Shown here: one piece after another, positions 1-13,889 of the stretch
Position numbering within the stretch: position 1 is the first letter of the stretch
How the letters are laid out: every line of letters begins with the position of its first letter
Assembly (NCBI GenBank): GCA_050273025.1
Contig: CP158636.1
Coordinates: 62,001 to 126,000 of the forward strand
DNA from: Cenococcum geophilum
Taxonomy: Eukaryota
Length of the DNA stretch: 64,000 nt
Direction of reading: 5' to 3'
Notes under the pieces: model-generated
The model's database searches: none
Told to the model about the DNA's origin: nothing
The model's input: the letters and a program-made list of their open reading frames with translations, nothing else
Program-made: the position numbers and the translations under genes

Positions 1-451
1 GCAGCTAGTAAAGCAGCTGTAGGACCTTTAAATACCTTAAATAATAAAATAATTAATATTTTAAACCCCTAGGCAGAGCTAGTAGCAGCTAATACTAAGA
101 TTAAATAACTGCAAGAGCTTCTTAAAGCTAGAGATACCCCTACTTCCGTATCTAGTAATAAATTATTAAACACCTAGAGACTTACTATAGTCCTTAAGGC
201 CCTATCCTAGCGCCTTAGCGGACCTACTAAGCCCTATATAGCACTATCACGGTCTATAAAGGTGGCGGACCCCCTATTGCTTATAGATGGAATAGACCCT
301 ATATTTAATAACTAGAAGCTCCAACTATAGAATAAGCTTAAAGTTAATGCCGATTACTTTCCTACCCCTTAGGCCTAGATAGCCTATATCTTTAGCCGTA
401 CTAGCGGGGACATCTAGACGTATTTACGCCCGTAATACATTAAGGACTTAG
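1..451 (+). pseudogene. Ty3/Gypsy gag fragment of outermost LTR element (family A), 5' part outside window
   Basis: De-RIPped translation RSVKVADPLLLTDGTDPTFDNWKLQLQDKLEVNADHFPTPQARMAYVFSRTGG resembles fungal chromovirus Gag; it stops abruptly where the LTR at 452 begins. Confidence 0.75.
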
Positions 452-713
452 TATAATAGCGCTAGAGCACGTTACCTGCTAAATTCTGCCTAAGTTCTAC
501 TATATTCTACTACCTGTTATACTATCTTATATTATTAAGTACTGTCTAGTACTATTTTCTACTATTAGCTCGCCTACTAGCGCCTTAGCAGCTCGCGCTA
601 CTTATTTATTTACACTAGCCCTAGTAACCCCCTTTCCTTTTCCTTAGCTTAGTATCTTTATAAGATAGCATTCTATAAGCTTTAGTTTAGAGGCATTTAT
701 ATAAGCCGTTATA
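452..713 (+). repeat. 5' LTR of Gypsy B1 (262 bp)
   Basis: Begins tataatagcgct (RIPped TGTAAC..) and ends gccgttata; matches solo LTR 23826-24076 (minus strand) and is related to LTRs 3336-3546/9315-9525. Confidence 0.88.
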
Positions 714-890
714 TTATACTAAGCTCTCCCTATATTACCTAGGAAGGCCTTAATAATATCCCACCCTAAAAAGAAAACTTTGTCTATAATAACGCGTTAA
801 TATATTATACTTAAACACTAAAACAACTCTATATTACCCGGGAAGGCCTAAATAATATCCTACCTTATAAGCTAGATAGGACTAGACCTA

Positions 891-1145
891 TCCCTTAACA
901 CGTTAATTTACGTCCTTAGCTATTAATAAGGGCTTAGCCAATTAGAGGCTCTAAATTAGCTACCTATACCAGAGACTACACCCAGCTAGAGCAATTTAAT
1001 ATTATTTGAAAATTTATACGGCATTATGCGGTATCGAATTATTAAAAATAAATAGCTATTTATAATTTCTATATGGTGTTACGTATACCTAAACACGTTG
1101 TTCCTAGGCTTAGCGCTTAGACGAGGACGCTAACGTGTTAAGGGA
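891..1145. mobile_element. MITE / non-autonomous Tc1-mariner-type DNA transposon (255 bp)
   Basis: Perfect 15-bp TIRs tcccttaacacgtta / taacgtgttaaggga; TA duplicated at 889-890 and 1146-1147; absent at the equivalent site (~3720) of Gypsy B2. Confidence 0.9.
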
Positions 1146-1201
1146 TACCCCTAGAATTAAAACTAAAGCGTACAATACTAATAAACCCTAGGAAGCTAAT
1201 A

Positions 1202-2687
1202 ATGGCACCTAAAGTAAGCTTATTTAAGAGAGCTGCCCCTACCTAAGAGGAACCTAAGATCCAATTAGGATTAGAAATTAAAGATAATATTATTATTATA
1301 GACGTACATAAGTAGATTTGCGCCCTTATAGCTAGCTAAAAAGCTAATTATCTTAAAGTAAGAAATATATAAGAGATCATAGAAAGCCTTATAGCTCTAT
1401 AAAATAGCCTAGCTTCCCCTTTTTAAAGCCCTAGCCAACCTATTTACTCTATTAAATATAATATACTAGGGAATACGGATATAATAACGAAGTAATTAAA
1501 GTCCATTAAGCTCCTTAACTCCCTACCACTATTTAATAGGATAGACCCTACCTTTAAGAATTAGAGGATTTAAGTATAAGGAAAGCTTCGCGTTAACTAT
1601 AACTATTTCCTTTTTAAAGAAGCTAAAATACTCTACCTCTTTAGTCAAACCACTAGGGACGCCTAACGGTACCTTTAAACCAAGTTTAAGGACAAGTCCC
1701 CTATCTAATTTATATCTATTAATAAGATAATATAGCACCTAGCGGCTATTTATATTAACCTAAATAAAGTACAGGACGCCTAATATAACTATAATCGCCT
1801 AATAATAAAACCGAACTAGCCCTTTACTAAATTTTAAACTTAATTCCTATCCCTTATGGGAGAAGGCTAGGTTCCCCTTAAGAACTACTAATTAGACCTA
1901 TATAATAAGCTAATAATTTAGCTATAAGAGAAGATCGCTATAATCTTAAATAACCTACTAACTTATAATAGACTTATAACTTATTACCTATTATTAAATT
2001 TAAAACTAAAGCAAATTAACGCCTGCTCTAATTAGTAGAAGCGACCCTATAGTAATTAAAGCTCGTTAGCCATACCTATAGGAGCTAAAGTAGGAAGATA
2101 AGCTATAACCGCTCTTATATTAAAAGCGGTTATAACTACATATTAGTAAGCCTTACCTAACTAGTTACGTACTACGCTATTAACTAGTACTTATTATAAT
2201 ACTCTAATTAACTTTACCTTAGCTATATACTATAACTGTAATAAAGAGGGTTACTTTACCTTACTTTACCTAGAGCTAAAGAATATAGGCAATATTAAGA
2301 AGATAGAGGAAAGAGAAATATTTAATAAGTTAGGAAAAAAAAACCCTAGGGAAAAACTCCCCTCTAGGGTACCCTATTAATCTTAAAGAGATTAATCTTA
2401 GTTAGTTAATAGGTAAAAAGTATTTTACGGTTCTATATATAGTATTTTAAAATAGATATAGAGTTAATATAACCGCCCTAATTAATACTAGAGTAAATAG
2501 CTTCGCCTTTATAAATACTACTTATATAAATAATATTGCCAAGTTTTTAAATATAGAAGCTATTTAACTAGAGAAGCCTATCTAGGTAAAAGGCTATAAT
2601 AGCTAAGCTAGTTGGCCGATTACCTATATTTTAAAGTTATATATTACTTTTAACGGATAACGCTAATATAGTATCCCTTTTTATATC
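1202..2687 (+). pseudogene. gag-protease of Gypsy B1 (RIP-inactivated)
   Basis: ATG 1202; degenerate CCHC knuckle ~2228-2270; protease (LIDTG-like) ~2480; near-identical to 3777-5275. Confidence 0.85.
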
Positions 2688-2955
2688 TGTTTGTACTAAC
2701 TTAATAGCACAAGTAAGTTGTATCCATGGGCACGAAATACATATAGTATTATATACTTATTTAGATGGTAACTGTTAATTATATAAAGCAGACTACGTGG
2801 TCTATATACTAATATACCTCCCCCCTAATTAGTTAGTGCTTTATAAGTGCACTAGACGTATAAGTAAGTGGTTAGTATACTAAACGCGTAAACGCGTACC
2901 TAGTGTACTAAACGTATAAGCACGCGTTTGGTATAATAGGTGCTATAATTATATA
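2688..2955 (-). repeat. Copia 3' LTR
   Basis: Direct repeat of 20337-20604, differing mainly by C>T/G>A. Confidence 0.92.
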
Positions 2956-3147
2956 CTAGCAGTACTTAAAAAATAAAACCACCTATATACAGCCTCTGTA
3001 ATTGCTTTAATAAAACTATAGAATATAAAGGAAAATATATAGGAAATCTCCCCTAAGGTGCCGTTTAGGCTGCCTTCTAAACAGTACCTTAAGCTAGCCG
3101 TAAGTCCTACTTACGGTCCGTAAAATAAACCGTACGGCCTTTTAATA

Positions 3148-3263
3148 TCACGTGTCTATACATTACTTAGCCAAAAACCCTATAACTTAGGTATTTAACC
3201 AGATATTTAACACGGTTAATAACATTATCACTTATAACTACACTTAATAGGTCGTTCTTTTTA
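3148..3263 (+). repeat. Ngaro split direct repeat A1
   Basis: 116-bp match to 14051-14166. Confidence 0.9.
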
Positions 3264-3776
3264 TTATAAATTGCTTACAATTAGTGTTTCTAGTAGCAAT
3301 AATTATTAAGGCCCATAACCGACTTTCTAGCTAATTATAACGGCGCTATCGCACATTACCTACCAAATTCTGCTATATTCTGCCGACCTATAATTAGCCC
3401 GCCTAAAGCTAGCGCCTTAGCGGCTTACCCTATATATTTATTTATATCGGTTCTAGCAACCCCTTTTCCTTCTTTTTAGCTTAGTATCTTAGTAATATAG
3501 CATTCGTTTAAGCTTCGGTTTAAAGGCATTTATTTAAGCCATAACATTATACTAAGCTCTCCCTACCTTGCTTGGGAAGGCCTTAATAATATCCCACCCT
3601 AAAGAAACTTCGTCTGCAATGACGTATTAACGCGCTATACTTAGACACTAAAACAACTCTATATTACCTGGGAAGGCCTAAATAATATCCCACCTTATAA
3701 GCTAGATAGGACTAGACCTATACCCCCGGAATTAAAACTAAAGCGTATAATACTAATAAACCTTAAAAAGCTAATA

Positions 3777-6700
3777 ATGGCACCTAAAGTAAGCTTATTT
3801 AAGAGAGCTGTCTCTACCTAAGAGGAACCTAAGATCTAATTAGGATTAGAAATTAAAGATAATAATAATATTATAGATATACGCGAGCAGATTCGCGCCC
3901 TTATAGCTAGCTAGGAAGCCAATTGTCTTAAAGCGAGAAATATATAAGAGACCCTATAAGAGATTCTAGAAAGCCTTACGGCCCTATAAAATAGCCTAGC
4001 TTCCCCTTCTTAAAGCCTTAGTTAACCTATTTACTCTACTAAATGTGATATATTAGGGAGTACGGATATAATAATAAAGTAATTAAAGTCCGTTAAGCTC
4101 TTTAACCCCCTACTACTATCTAATAGGATAAACCCTACCTTTAAGAATTAGAGGATTTAAGTATAAGGAAAGCTCCGCGTTAACTATAACCATTTCCTTT
4201 CTAAAGAAGCTAAAATGCTCTACCTCTTTAGTTAAACCACTAGGGACGCCTAACGGCACCTTTAAGCTAAGTTTAAGGACAACTCCCCTGTCTAATTTAT
4301 ATCTATTAACGAGATAATATAGTACCTAGTAGCTATCTATATTAACCCAAATAAGGTATAGAATGCCTATTATAACTATAATTACCTAATAATAAAACCG
4401 AACTAACCCTTTACTAAATTTTAGATTTAATTCCTATACCTTACAGGAGAAGGCTAGGTTCCCCTTAAGAACTACCAATTAGACCTATATAATAAGCTAA
4501 TAATCCAGCTATAAGAAAAAATTGCTGTAACCTTAAATAACCTACCAACCCATAAAAAACTTACAGCTTATTACCTATTATTAGACTTAGAACTAAAGCG
4601 GATTAATGCCTACCCTAATTAGTAGAAGTAACTCTATAATAATTAGAACTCGCTAGCTATACCTATAGAAGCTAGAGCAGGAAGATAAGTTATAACTACT
4701 CTTATACTAAAGGCGGTTATAACTATATACTAGTAAGCCTTGCCCAACTAGTTATATACTACGCTATTAACTAGTATTTGCTGTAATACTCTAATTAATC
4801 CTGCCTTGGCTATATGCTTTAACTACAATAAGTAAGGTTATTTTATCTTGTCCTGCCTAGAGCTAAAGGATATAGGTAATATTAAGGAGATAGAGGAAGG
4901 AGAAACGTCTAATAAGTCGGGAAAAGAAGAACCCTAGGAAAAGACTCCCCCCTAGGGTACCCTATTAATCTTAAAGAGATTAATCTTAGTTAGTTAATAG
5001 GTAGAAAGCATTTTATAGTTCTATATATAGTATCTTAAAATAGATATAAAGTTAATATAACCGCCCTTATTAACACTAAAGTAAATAGCTTCGCCTTTAT
5101 AAATACTGCCTATATAAATAATGTTGCTAAGTTTTTAAATGCAGAAGCCATCTAACTAGAGAAGCCTATTTAGGTAAAGGGCTATAACAGCTAAGCCGGT
5201 TAGCCTATTACCTATATCTTAAAGTTATATATCGCTCTTAACGGATAACGCTAATATAGTATCTCCTTTTACATCCTAGACCTAGGGTTCTACGATATAA
5301 TCCTTAAACAAAAATAGATGTCCTATTTTAATATTTAGTTAAATATACGAAAAAGATAGTTTATTTAGCCGGAGGATAGACTAAGGTTGCCCTTCTTTAT
5401 TAGGGAGATCCGAACTAACCGTAAGATACTAGCCGTAAGGGCTAACCCTACCTATTAGCAGGATATCCGGGCCCGTAACCTAACCTTTATCTAAAAGGAC
5501 GCCCGCCGCAAAGCTAGAAAGAACTTTATACTAATAAAGATACTCTCCCAAAGCGCTATATTTAAAGAGGACTCTATATACAAAAGCAGGATAGATAATA
5601 ACGTAGATAATATCTAAATTGCATAGATCTAACCGTTATGGAAAAGAATATATTAATAGGATATAAGGGATAACCTCTAAAAGATATAATAGGAGCTAAA
5701 AGGAGTAATAATAACGCTAGTACCCTAGAAGTCCCTAAAGTTATATACGCCCCTATTATTAGTTAACCCCCCTACCATAAATATCGCCGTAATTAGCGCT
5801 ATAGTGTTTTACTTTAATATATACCAGAAGGATAATAAGGTCTTTATAATAAGCCTATATAAGATTAACCAAATTATTAATAATAGAGAGGAAAGGCTAG
5901 ATAAGGAAACCAATAAGGAACTAGTTAAACGCCTCCTTTTTACTATTTATACAGGCTATAAGGATATATTCTTAAAGGCGGCCTTAAATAAGTTACCCCC
6001 CTACTAGACATATAATTATAAGATTTAATTAGAGGCCCATAACTTACTAGGCTATAGCCCCCTCTACTATTAATTAACGGATAAGCTAAAAGCAATAAAG
6101 TAGTACTTAATTAATAACTTAGATAAAGGGTTTATCGAGCTAAGTTAAGCCCCTTTTACTTCCCCTATTCTGTTTATAAAAAAGCCTAATAGAGGCCTTT
6201 ATTTTTATATCAACTATTAAAAGCTAAACGCTATTACTTAAAAGAACCGGTATTCTATTTCTTTAATTAACGAGACCCTTATACGTTTAAGCTAGGCAAA
6301 GATCTTTACTAAACTTAATATCCGCTAAGCTTTTTACCAAATTAGGATAGACCCTATATTTAAAGATTTAACAACGTTCCGTACCCGCTATAGTTTCTAT
6401 AAATATAAAGTTCTTTCTTTTAGATTAATAAACGGACTAGCTATATACTAAAGGTATATAAATAACGTTCTTTTTAATTACCTTAACAAATTCTATATAG
6501 TATACCTAGATAATATTCTTATATACTCAGACAATAAACTTAAGTATTAAGTTTATATTAAGAAGGTCCTAAAGAGACTACGGAACGTAGGCTTATAAGT
6601 TAATATTAAGAAATATAAGTTTAGGGTAAAACGTATAAAATACCTTAGGTTTATTATAACTATAGAAGGAATTAAGGTTAACCCTAAGAAGGTAAAGGTA

Positions 6701-8998
6701 ATCTATAACTAGAAGCCCCCTTATATAGTAAAAGGAATCCAGTCCTTTTTTAGTTTTTATAATTTCTACTACTGGTTTATCCGTAACTATGGAATTATAG
6801 TAAAACCTCTTATATAACTAACTAAGAAGGATATGCCTTTTATCTTTAATAATAGCTATATAGAGGCCTTTAAAGAGGTAAAGAATCGGCTTATCTCTTC
6901 CCTAATCCTTTATTACTATAACCTAGACCTTAAATTAATACTAGAAATAAACGCCTCTAATAGGGTTATAGTGGGAATTCTATTATAGTTATATCTAGAC
7001 GGCAAATAGTACCCTATAGCTTTCTTCTTAAAGATAATAAACCCGGCTAAGTATAACTATAAAGTACACAATAAAGAAATGCTAGCTATTATTTAATTAC
7101 TCTTCTAATAGCGCGTAGAGCTTAAAGGTACGAACTTTTGGATTAAGATATATATAGATTATAAAGCCCTAAAGTACTTTATAACTATAAAGTAGCTTAT
7201 AGGGCGATAAGCCTAGTAGGCCAAAATACTCTCCTAATTCTTCTTTACGATTATATATTATTCTAGTAAGTAAAACTTTAAGGCTAATATTCTAATCCAA
7301 AGAGAATAAGATATAGGACCCTAGGATAAGCTAAAGACCTAATATCGGACGCGCGCCCTCCTCTATTTAGAATAGCTTAACCCACAGATTTTTAAGAAGC
7401 TAGACTTCTAGTAAAACGAGCTAGCACTAATAGAGGAGTTCTTAAATAAGCTAATAGGGCTAATTAACCGCCTCCTAACTGTAAACCGTATAGCTAACGC
7501 CCTAAGGGCCCTCTATAAATAAGCTGCGAAAGAAGACCCCGATTTTAAGATAGAGGAAGGATTACTCCTATACTAGGAGCGGCTTATAGTCCCTAACGTT
7601 AACAATCTATAGACTAAACTAATCTGTAAAGCTTATTACTAAGTCTCTATAGTATACCCTAGTAAGAATAAAACCTATAAAATTATTAACTGCCACTACT
7701 ACTGGCTAAGAATAGTTGCAAATATTAATTAATATATACGGAACTGCGAAGACTACTAGAGAGCTATAATTTTATAGGATAAGACCCTAGGACTACTTAA
7801 GCCACTCCTAATACTAGAGCGCCCTTAGTAATATATCTTTATAGACTTTTATAAACTACTTAGGGACCGTAATAGATATAATATGGTTATAGTTATAGTT
7901 AACCGCTTTAGTAAACGCCCGTTCTTAATTCTATATTATAAAAATATTAATACTAAAGAGGTAGCCTAGCTATATATCTATTACGTTTACCAAATCTACG
8001 GACTACCAGATACTATTATATCTAATTATAGGCCGCAGTTTATATTGGCCTTCTAGAATAAGTTTACCTAAATCTTAGGTATTAAGCTAAAGCTTTCTAT
8101 AGCTTATTACCCCTAGATAGACAGTTAGATAGAGATTATAAATTAATACCTAGACTAGAGGCTTAGGCCCTTTATTAACTATTTCTAGAATAACTGGTTT
8201 AAACTACTACCCTTAATAAACTACGCGTAAGTAACCCTACCCTATAACTCTATAGGGTTTGCCCCGATTTAGCTAGAAATAGGATACTTACCCCATATAA
8301 GCTTTAACTAAAAAAGGCTAAAAAAACCCTAAACTGTATAAGAGAAGCTATCCTATATTAAGGCCTAATAGTATACCAAACAATTAGAGGAGGCCTAGAT
8401 AGTAGCCTATAAGAACCTAAAAAAAGCTTAGAGGTTAATAGAATAGTAGGCGAATAAACACTGTTAAGAGCCCGATTTTGCCCCTAGCAATATAGTCTAG
8501 GTTATAATAAGGAATTAGAGGACTAAACGACCTAGCTATAAGCTAGACTACTAGATAGCAGGACCGTATAAGGTTCTTAAGAAGATAGGCAACTTATATA
8601 AGATAAAGCTCCCAGACTTAATTAGGGTTTACCCTATTTTCTTACTAGATAAGTTACGGAAAGCTATAAATAACCTATTACCTAGACAAAAGAACGAGCC
8701 TCCCCTACTAGTTTAAGTAAACGGTGATAATAAATAGGAGGTTAATAAAATACTGGCCTATAAGATAGTATAGGGAGCGCTAAAATACCGTATCTAATAG
8801 AAGGGCTATAATTTTAACCTAACCTAGTACCCTATATGGAACTTTATAGGCTGCCCCTAGAAGCTTAAAAAATTCTATAACTAATACCCTAATACGCCTA
8901 AACCCCTAAAGTACCTAAATAAATAGATGGAATACTAGTATAATAAAGATAATAAGTTACTAGAAGAATATAGGGATAAAAACGCCCTAAAGCCCTAA
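3777..8998 (+). pseudogene. Gypsy gag-pol (Gag, PR, RT, RNase H, integrase, chromodomain), RIP-inactivated
   Basis: CCHC knuckle ~4815-4857; RT YLD(D)I 6503-6517; RNaseH ETDAS-like ~6943; integrase HHCC ~7630-7760 and core; chromodomain ~8730-8900; many in-frame TAA/TAG. Confidence 0.92.
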
Positions 8999-9314
8999 TA
9001 CAGCTATCTGCTAAATTCTGCTATATTCTGCCGTTTTCTACTAGTACCATAAAATTTCAGATATCTAGGAACTTTAACTACCGGTCAAAGTTATCTAATT
9101 AGTTAAACCTATACTAAGACTTTTAGCGGCTACTCTTTTTAGCCTAGTGCTTCTACTTAGCCTATAATTACCCTTTATACTTAGTTAGGACGGACTTATA
9201 TCCCCTTTTATCTCCTTATCTTATATTTTTATAATCCTATATTTATAAGCCTAGTACTACCCTATTTTTTCTAACTAAGCCTAAAGGTAGGCTTTCTTTT
9301 AAAGAGGGGGGTAA

Positions 9315-9525
9315 TGTAATAGCGCTATCGCACGTTACCTGCCAAATTTTGCTATATTCTGCCGACCTATAATTAGCCCGCCTAAAGCTAGCGCCTTAGC
9401 GGCTTACCCTATATATTTATTTATATTAGTCCTAGCGACCCCTTTTCCTTCTCTTTAGCTTAGTATCTTGGTAATATAGTATTCGTTTAAGCTTCGGTTT
9501 AAAGGCATTTATTTAAGCCGTAATA
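9315..9525 (+). repeat. 3' LTR of Gypsy B2
   Basis: Starts tgtaat; matches 3336-3546. Confidence 0.95.
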
Positions 9526-9530
9526 CTAAT

Positions 9531-10520
9531 AGCACCTATTTAAAAACTCCTCGCTTAACCGCCCTATTATTTACCTCCTTATTTACTACCATCCTATCTA
9601 CTAAATATACTATAGTTTTATCTTTAGAAGAAGAAAGAGCTAGGAAATAAGATAAGAGGTTTTAATAATTCTATAACCTAGAGATCTAAAAGAGAGAGTA
9701 GGAGGAATAGGCACGGATCTAAAAGATGGAATAAAAAGAGGAGCTTTACTAGGCAAGGCTAGCCACTCTAAAGTAGCCTACTCTACTAGAGCATACCTTT
9801 ACTACTAAGGCAGATAAACTAGGTAAGTCCTATAACCTACTAGAAGGCTTAGGCACGCTTAAGCTCGACCTCCCTAGCCTAGCTAAAAGAGACCTCTATA
9901 ATATATAGAAAGGATCCTTCCGCCTAAAGAACCTAGCCTATTTATAGGTACACTCTAGCCGCCTAGACCTTTCTAATATAGCTACTATTAAAAATGGAAA
10001 GCTTATTTTAAAGAGACCTACTACTAGCCGCAAGGTTTATAAGAATAAGGAGGTTTAGTTTACTGGATTTACGAACTATATAGTAATTATAAGCACTCTC
10101 TATATATGCCTAACTAACCTCTATATAAGAATATTGCTCTAAATAAATAAGATCCGCGACTACTCCGTAACCTATAACTGGACCTTTATCCTAGACCTTA
10201 TGCTTAACTACTATAGGTATATTATAGATTGCAATTAGCTTAAGCCTAGTAACTAGGATATACCTACCTAGTTTAAGGCCCTATACTGCCGGGCAGCTAA
10301 TATAAAGGCATAGAGCTAGGGACTTAAAGTCTATAGTATAGCATTAAAAAAGATCGTAAAAGAATACCTCTCCTCCCCTCCCCTTTAGTAAGCCCTATTA
10401 TAGCTAGAACAACTAGTAGGCTTATAGAGAAGATCTATATTATTACTACTACGTATACTTTAAATGCGACAAAAACCACCTATTAAAGTTATACCCTAGG
10501 TAGCTTACCGCCGTAAGTAG
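9531..10520 (+). pseudogene. Ngaro ORF1 (gag-like) remnant
   Basis: Coding-like sequence lying between A1 and RT; assignment is positional. Confidence 0.55.
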
Positions 10521-10699
10521 TTAGACCTAGGATTTAATGGTAGATAAAGATATCTTCCTAGGTTTAACTATTTAAATAAACCTACTATAGACGCTAAGGC
10601 TCTAAGGCAGGCCTAATTTAGTACCTCTTTTTAAAACTTACTTATAAATAACTTTCCTAGCTAACTTACTATTACCTTTAAGACCTCTTGCTTAGAGCA

Positions 10700-12210
10700 C
10701 GCTCCTTTATAGGTACCCTAGAAATCTCCTAACAATTTTATAAGGTATTCTTACCTATAAGGCGGAAATAGGTCCCTTATTACCTATACTACCTAATATC
10801 TACAAAAACTACCTCTCCTTATACGATAACGAAGACCTTATCTTTAAAAAGATTGTTACTAACCTAGCCCTAAGCTATATATAGGCCACTAACTCTATAG
10901 TTACCTCACCCCTAGGCCTAGTGCCTAAGGTAGATAGCGGCTTTCGCCGTATTTACGACCTCTCTTTACCTAAAGGCTTCTTAGTTAATAACTCTATTAA
11001 CCTAGCCTAGATAGTACTACACTATACCTAAATAGAGACTATACTAGCATATATAATTATAGCTAGTAGAGGCTGCTACCTAGTTAAATAAGACATTAAA
11101 GATACCTTCCGGATGGTACCCGTTTTAGTACGGTTATATTACCTACTCAGCTTTATCTAAAAGGGAGTTATATATATTAAATGCTATCTACCATTTAGCT
11201 TATAAACAGCCCTATTTCTTTTTAACTTATTCGCTAAAGGTCTCTACTAAATCCTAGTATAATAGATTAACTCCACTATTAAGCACTACCTTAATAATTT
11301 TATATTTGTAGTTAAGTGTCCAACTATACTGCCGTTACTAAGGGAGGTATACCTCTTAGTTACTAACCAGCTAGGGGTACCCTAAAATAATACTAAAAAT
11401 ATTAAAGGTACGGAGGCTAAAGTATTAGGTTATACTATTAACACTATAGCGATAGAGATAAAACTCTTACTAGCTAAGTAACAGAAAGCTATTAATTAGG
11501 TAATTAAAGCCCTCTAGAAGGGCTAGCTATTATTATAGCAAGCCTAATAACTAGCGGGCCGCCTAGCATAGTATATAAGAGTTATCCGCCTTAGGCGCTT
11601 ATACTCTTACTCCTTATAGGACTTTATAATAAAATGGCCTACTAGGTTATTAAGAAATATACCTTAACGCCTCCCCCTAGAGCTAAAAAAAGACCTTAAC
11701 CTCTGGCTCAAGGTTCTTATATTAAGTAACGGTATACTATTCTTTAATAATAAGGAGAGGCCGTAGTTTTACTTATTTACTAACGCCTTATCACTTAAAG
11801 GCTATAGAGGCTTCTACTTTAGCGGAAAAAACGGCTACTAGCCTAATTACGCGGCTTCCCTACCCCAGGCCTAGGCCTTCAGCTATTATCCCCTACTAGA
11901 CTAAGTAGATAACTATATTAACCTAAAAGAGATACATACTATTATAAAGGTATTTAAAAAGTGGTTATCGGTCTAGCGGTATAGGTCTCTTTATATTTAT
12001 ATAGATAATATAGTTACTTATAGCGGTATCTAGAATAATATTATAAAAGGTTCTAGAAACTAATTACTCTAAGAAATACTTATATCCTTAATAATAAATA
12101 ATATTACTATAATAACTATATAGGTCTTTAGCGCTAATAATAGGCTTACTAATACTCTCTTACGATTTAACCGCGAGAAATTATTATTATTATGCCCTAA
12201 GTGGTAAACG
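10700..12210 (+). pseudogene. Ngaro reverse transcriptase / RNase H
   Basis: RRI(H)DLS ~10945, DIKD(A)FR ~11092, LPF(G)L ~11188, HYL(DD)F 11284-11301, FT(D)A(S) ~11775. Confidence 0.88.
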
Positions 12211-12389
12211 AATAACGGCTTTTTATTAAATAAATAACGGCTTCTTACTAAATAAAGGACGGCTTCTTGCCGGATAAATAAAGGCTTCTTACTAGAAAAA
12301 TAATATCTCTCCTCTAAGTAGCTACTAACTCTTATAGTTAACCCAGAGTTATTTAATTAACCCCCCCTAACCTTCTAGAGTAAGATTGG

Positions 12390-13350
12390 TAGGTTTTATT
12401 ACTTTTTACTACTTATATAGTATAGCTTAGCAGCTAATATAAGAAAAGGCTACTCCTCCGCTATTAAGAGCTAGAAGGCCTTCTTAGCCCTAAACAGTTC
12501 ATTACTATATCTAGTTAAGAGGATAAACTTAGGGGAGTAAATTACCCAATAAGTGTTTGGTATAGCCGCCCCTTTAATAGGTAGGATTAAGCTAGAAACC
12601 CTCTTTAACTATATCTCTATAATCCAATCTTGTTATATAGATCTAGGTTACTTAATTACCGCCTTTAAAGACTATATTATTAAAAGGGCCCTAGCGGGGG
12701 CTATATTACTATTCCTATCTACTAAGAAGACCAAACTACTAATTATAAAGGATATCTTAGACAAGATTATTACCTCTAAACCCTATAAGGCGGATGCAAA
12801 TATAGACGCGGCATTTATAATAGTGTTTATAAGTTTCCTACGTATAAAAGAGATTACGTACCTAAATAAGAAAGCTAAGGACTTTAGCACTATAAGGGCC
12901 CTCTATAATAATATTAGGATCGCCCCTAACGGCTATTTAATAGTCTTCTACCTAAAATAGAGTAAAATAGATAAAACCTATAGTGGCGTTAATATCCAGA
13001 TCGCCGCTATACTAGGAGATTGTCTATACCCTATAGCCGCAATAATACAGTTATTTAACTATAACCCCCGGCCTCTATTAGATCTATTATTTAGTATTAA
13101 TAATAAAGTATTTTCGGCACTAGTAGTACGCAAGATTCTATTAACCTACCTAGCTGTTAGCGGTATTTTACCTAATAGCTACTCTAACCACTCCTTTTAT
13201 AGGGGTATAGCGTAGTATATGTATAATTATGGCTTTATAGAGTTATAAACGGCGCAGTTAGGTTAATGGACATTAGATACGGTAAAACTTTACTATAATA
13301 CCTTAGAAACTAAATAACTTTAATTAAACTTAAATTTTTAGTGGAGTATA
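12390..13350 (+). pseudogene. Ngaro tyrosine recombinase
   Basis: ORF 12553-12960 contains FLRxxE; downstream HSF(R)RG 13189-13206 and LG(R)W ~13258-13269 complete a degenerate R-HxxR-W-Y set. Confidence 0.88.
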
Positions 13351-13540
13351 CCTATACTGGCTAGGAAAGCCTAAAATAGGGACTCTATACTTTCTATTAC
13401 GGAACCACTTTATAACACCTTATATACGCTACCTGCCGCATTCTACCGTAATCTGCCGTATTTTACTATACTCTACCTACTACCGCAAGATTATCCTATA
13501 TTTGTAACACCTATAATATTAGTAATATCTATAACCTCTA

Positions 13541-13720
13541 CTAAGTTCTGTTAAGTTTACTAAATTTTACTAAACTCTACCAAATTCTGCTAAGTCTACC
13601 AAATTCTACCAAATTCTACCAAATTCTGCTAAATTCTACTAAATTCTACTAAGTTTGCCAAATTCTACCAAGTTTACCAAATTCTACAAAATTCTGCTAA
13701 ATCTGCCAAATTTTACTAGG
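13541..13720 (+). repeat. Decamer tandem array (AAATTCTGCC-like, ~18 units) in Ngaro 3' region
   Basis: Directly visible aaattctacc/aaattctgct units. Confidence 0.9.
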
Positions 13721-13889
13721 ACTATAGTAACGTATTAATTAAGCGACTAAGTTAATAATATATACCCATTCTCCTTATTCCCTTACCTTCTTTCCTTATA
13801 TAATGTCTTAATTTTATTACACAGTTTATACTATAGAAATTGCTCCCGTTTTAACTTAATTCTTTATAGGTAGCAGGCGCTTTGCTAGT

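Larger units (their letters stand above)
3336..9525 (+). mobile_element. Full-length Gypsy/chromovirus LTR retrotransposon copy B2 (~6.2 kb)
   Basis: 211-bp LTRs 3336-3546 and 9315-9525; TSD CTAAT 3331-3335 and 9526-9530; polypurine tract aaagagggggg 9301-9311. Confidence 0.95.

Noticed and set aside
1529..1738. ORFs 1529(-), 19023(+), 26828(+), 49423(-) as genes
   Set aside because: Antisense to Gypsy gag, Copia gag, WD40 and USP-like remnants respectively
12553..12960. Tyrosine recombinase as a Starship captain or the enzyme acting on the palindromes
   Set aside because: It follows RT/RNaseH inside Ngaro split repeats and is short; it belongs to the retroelement
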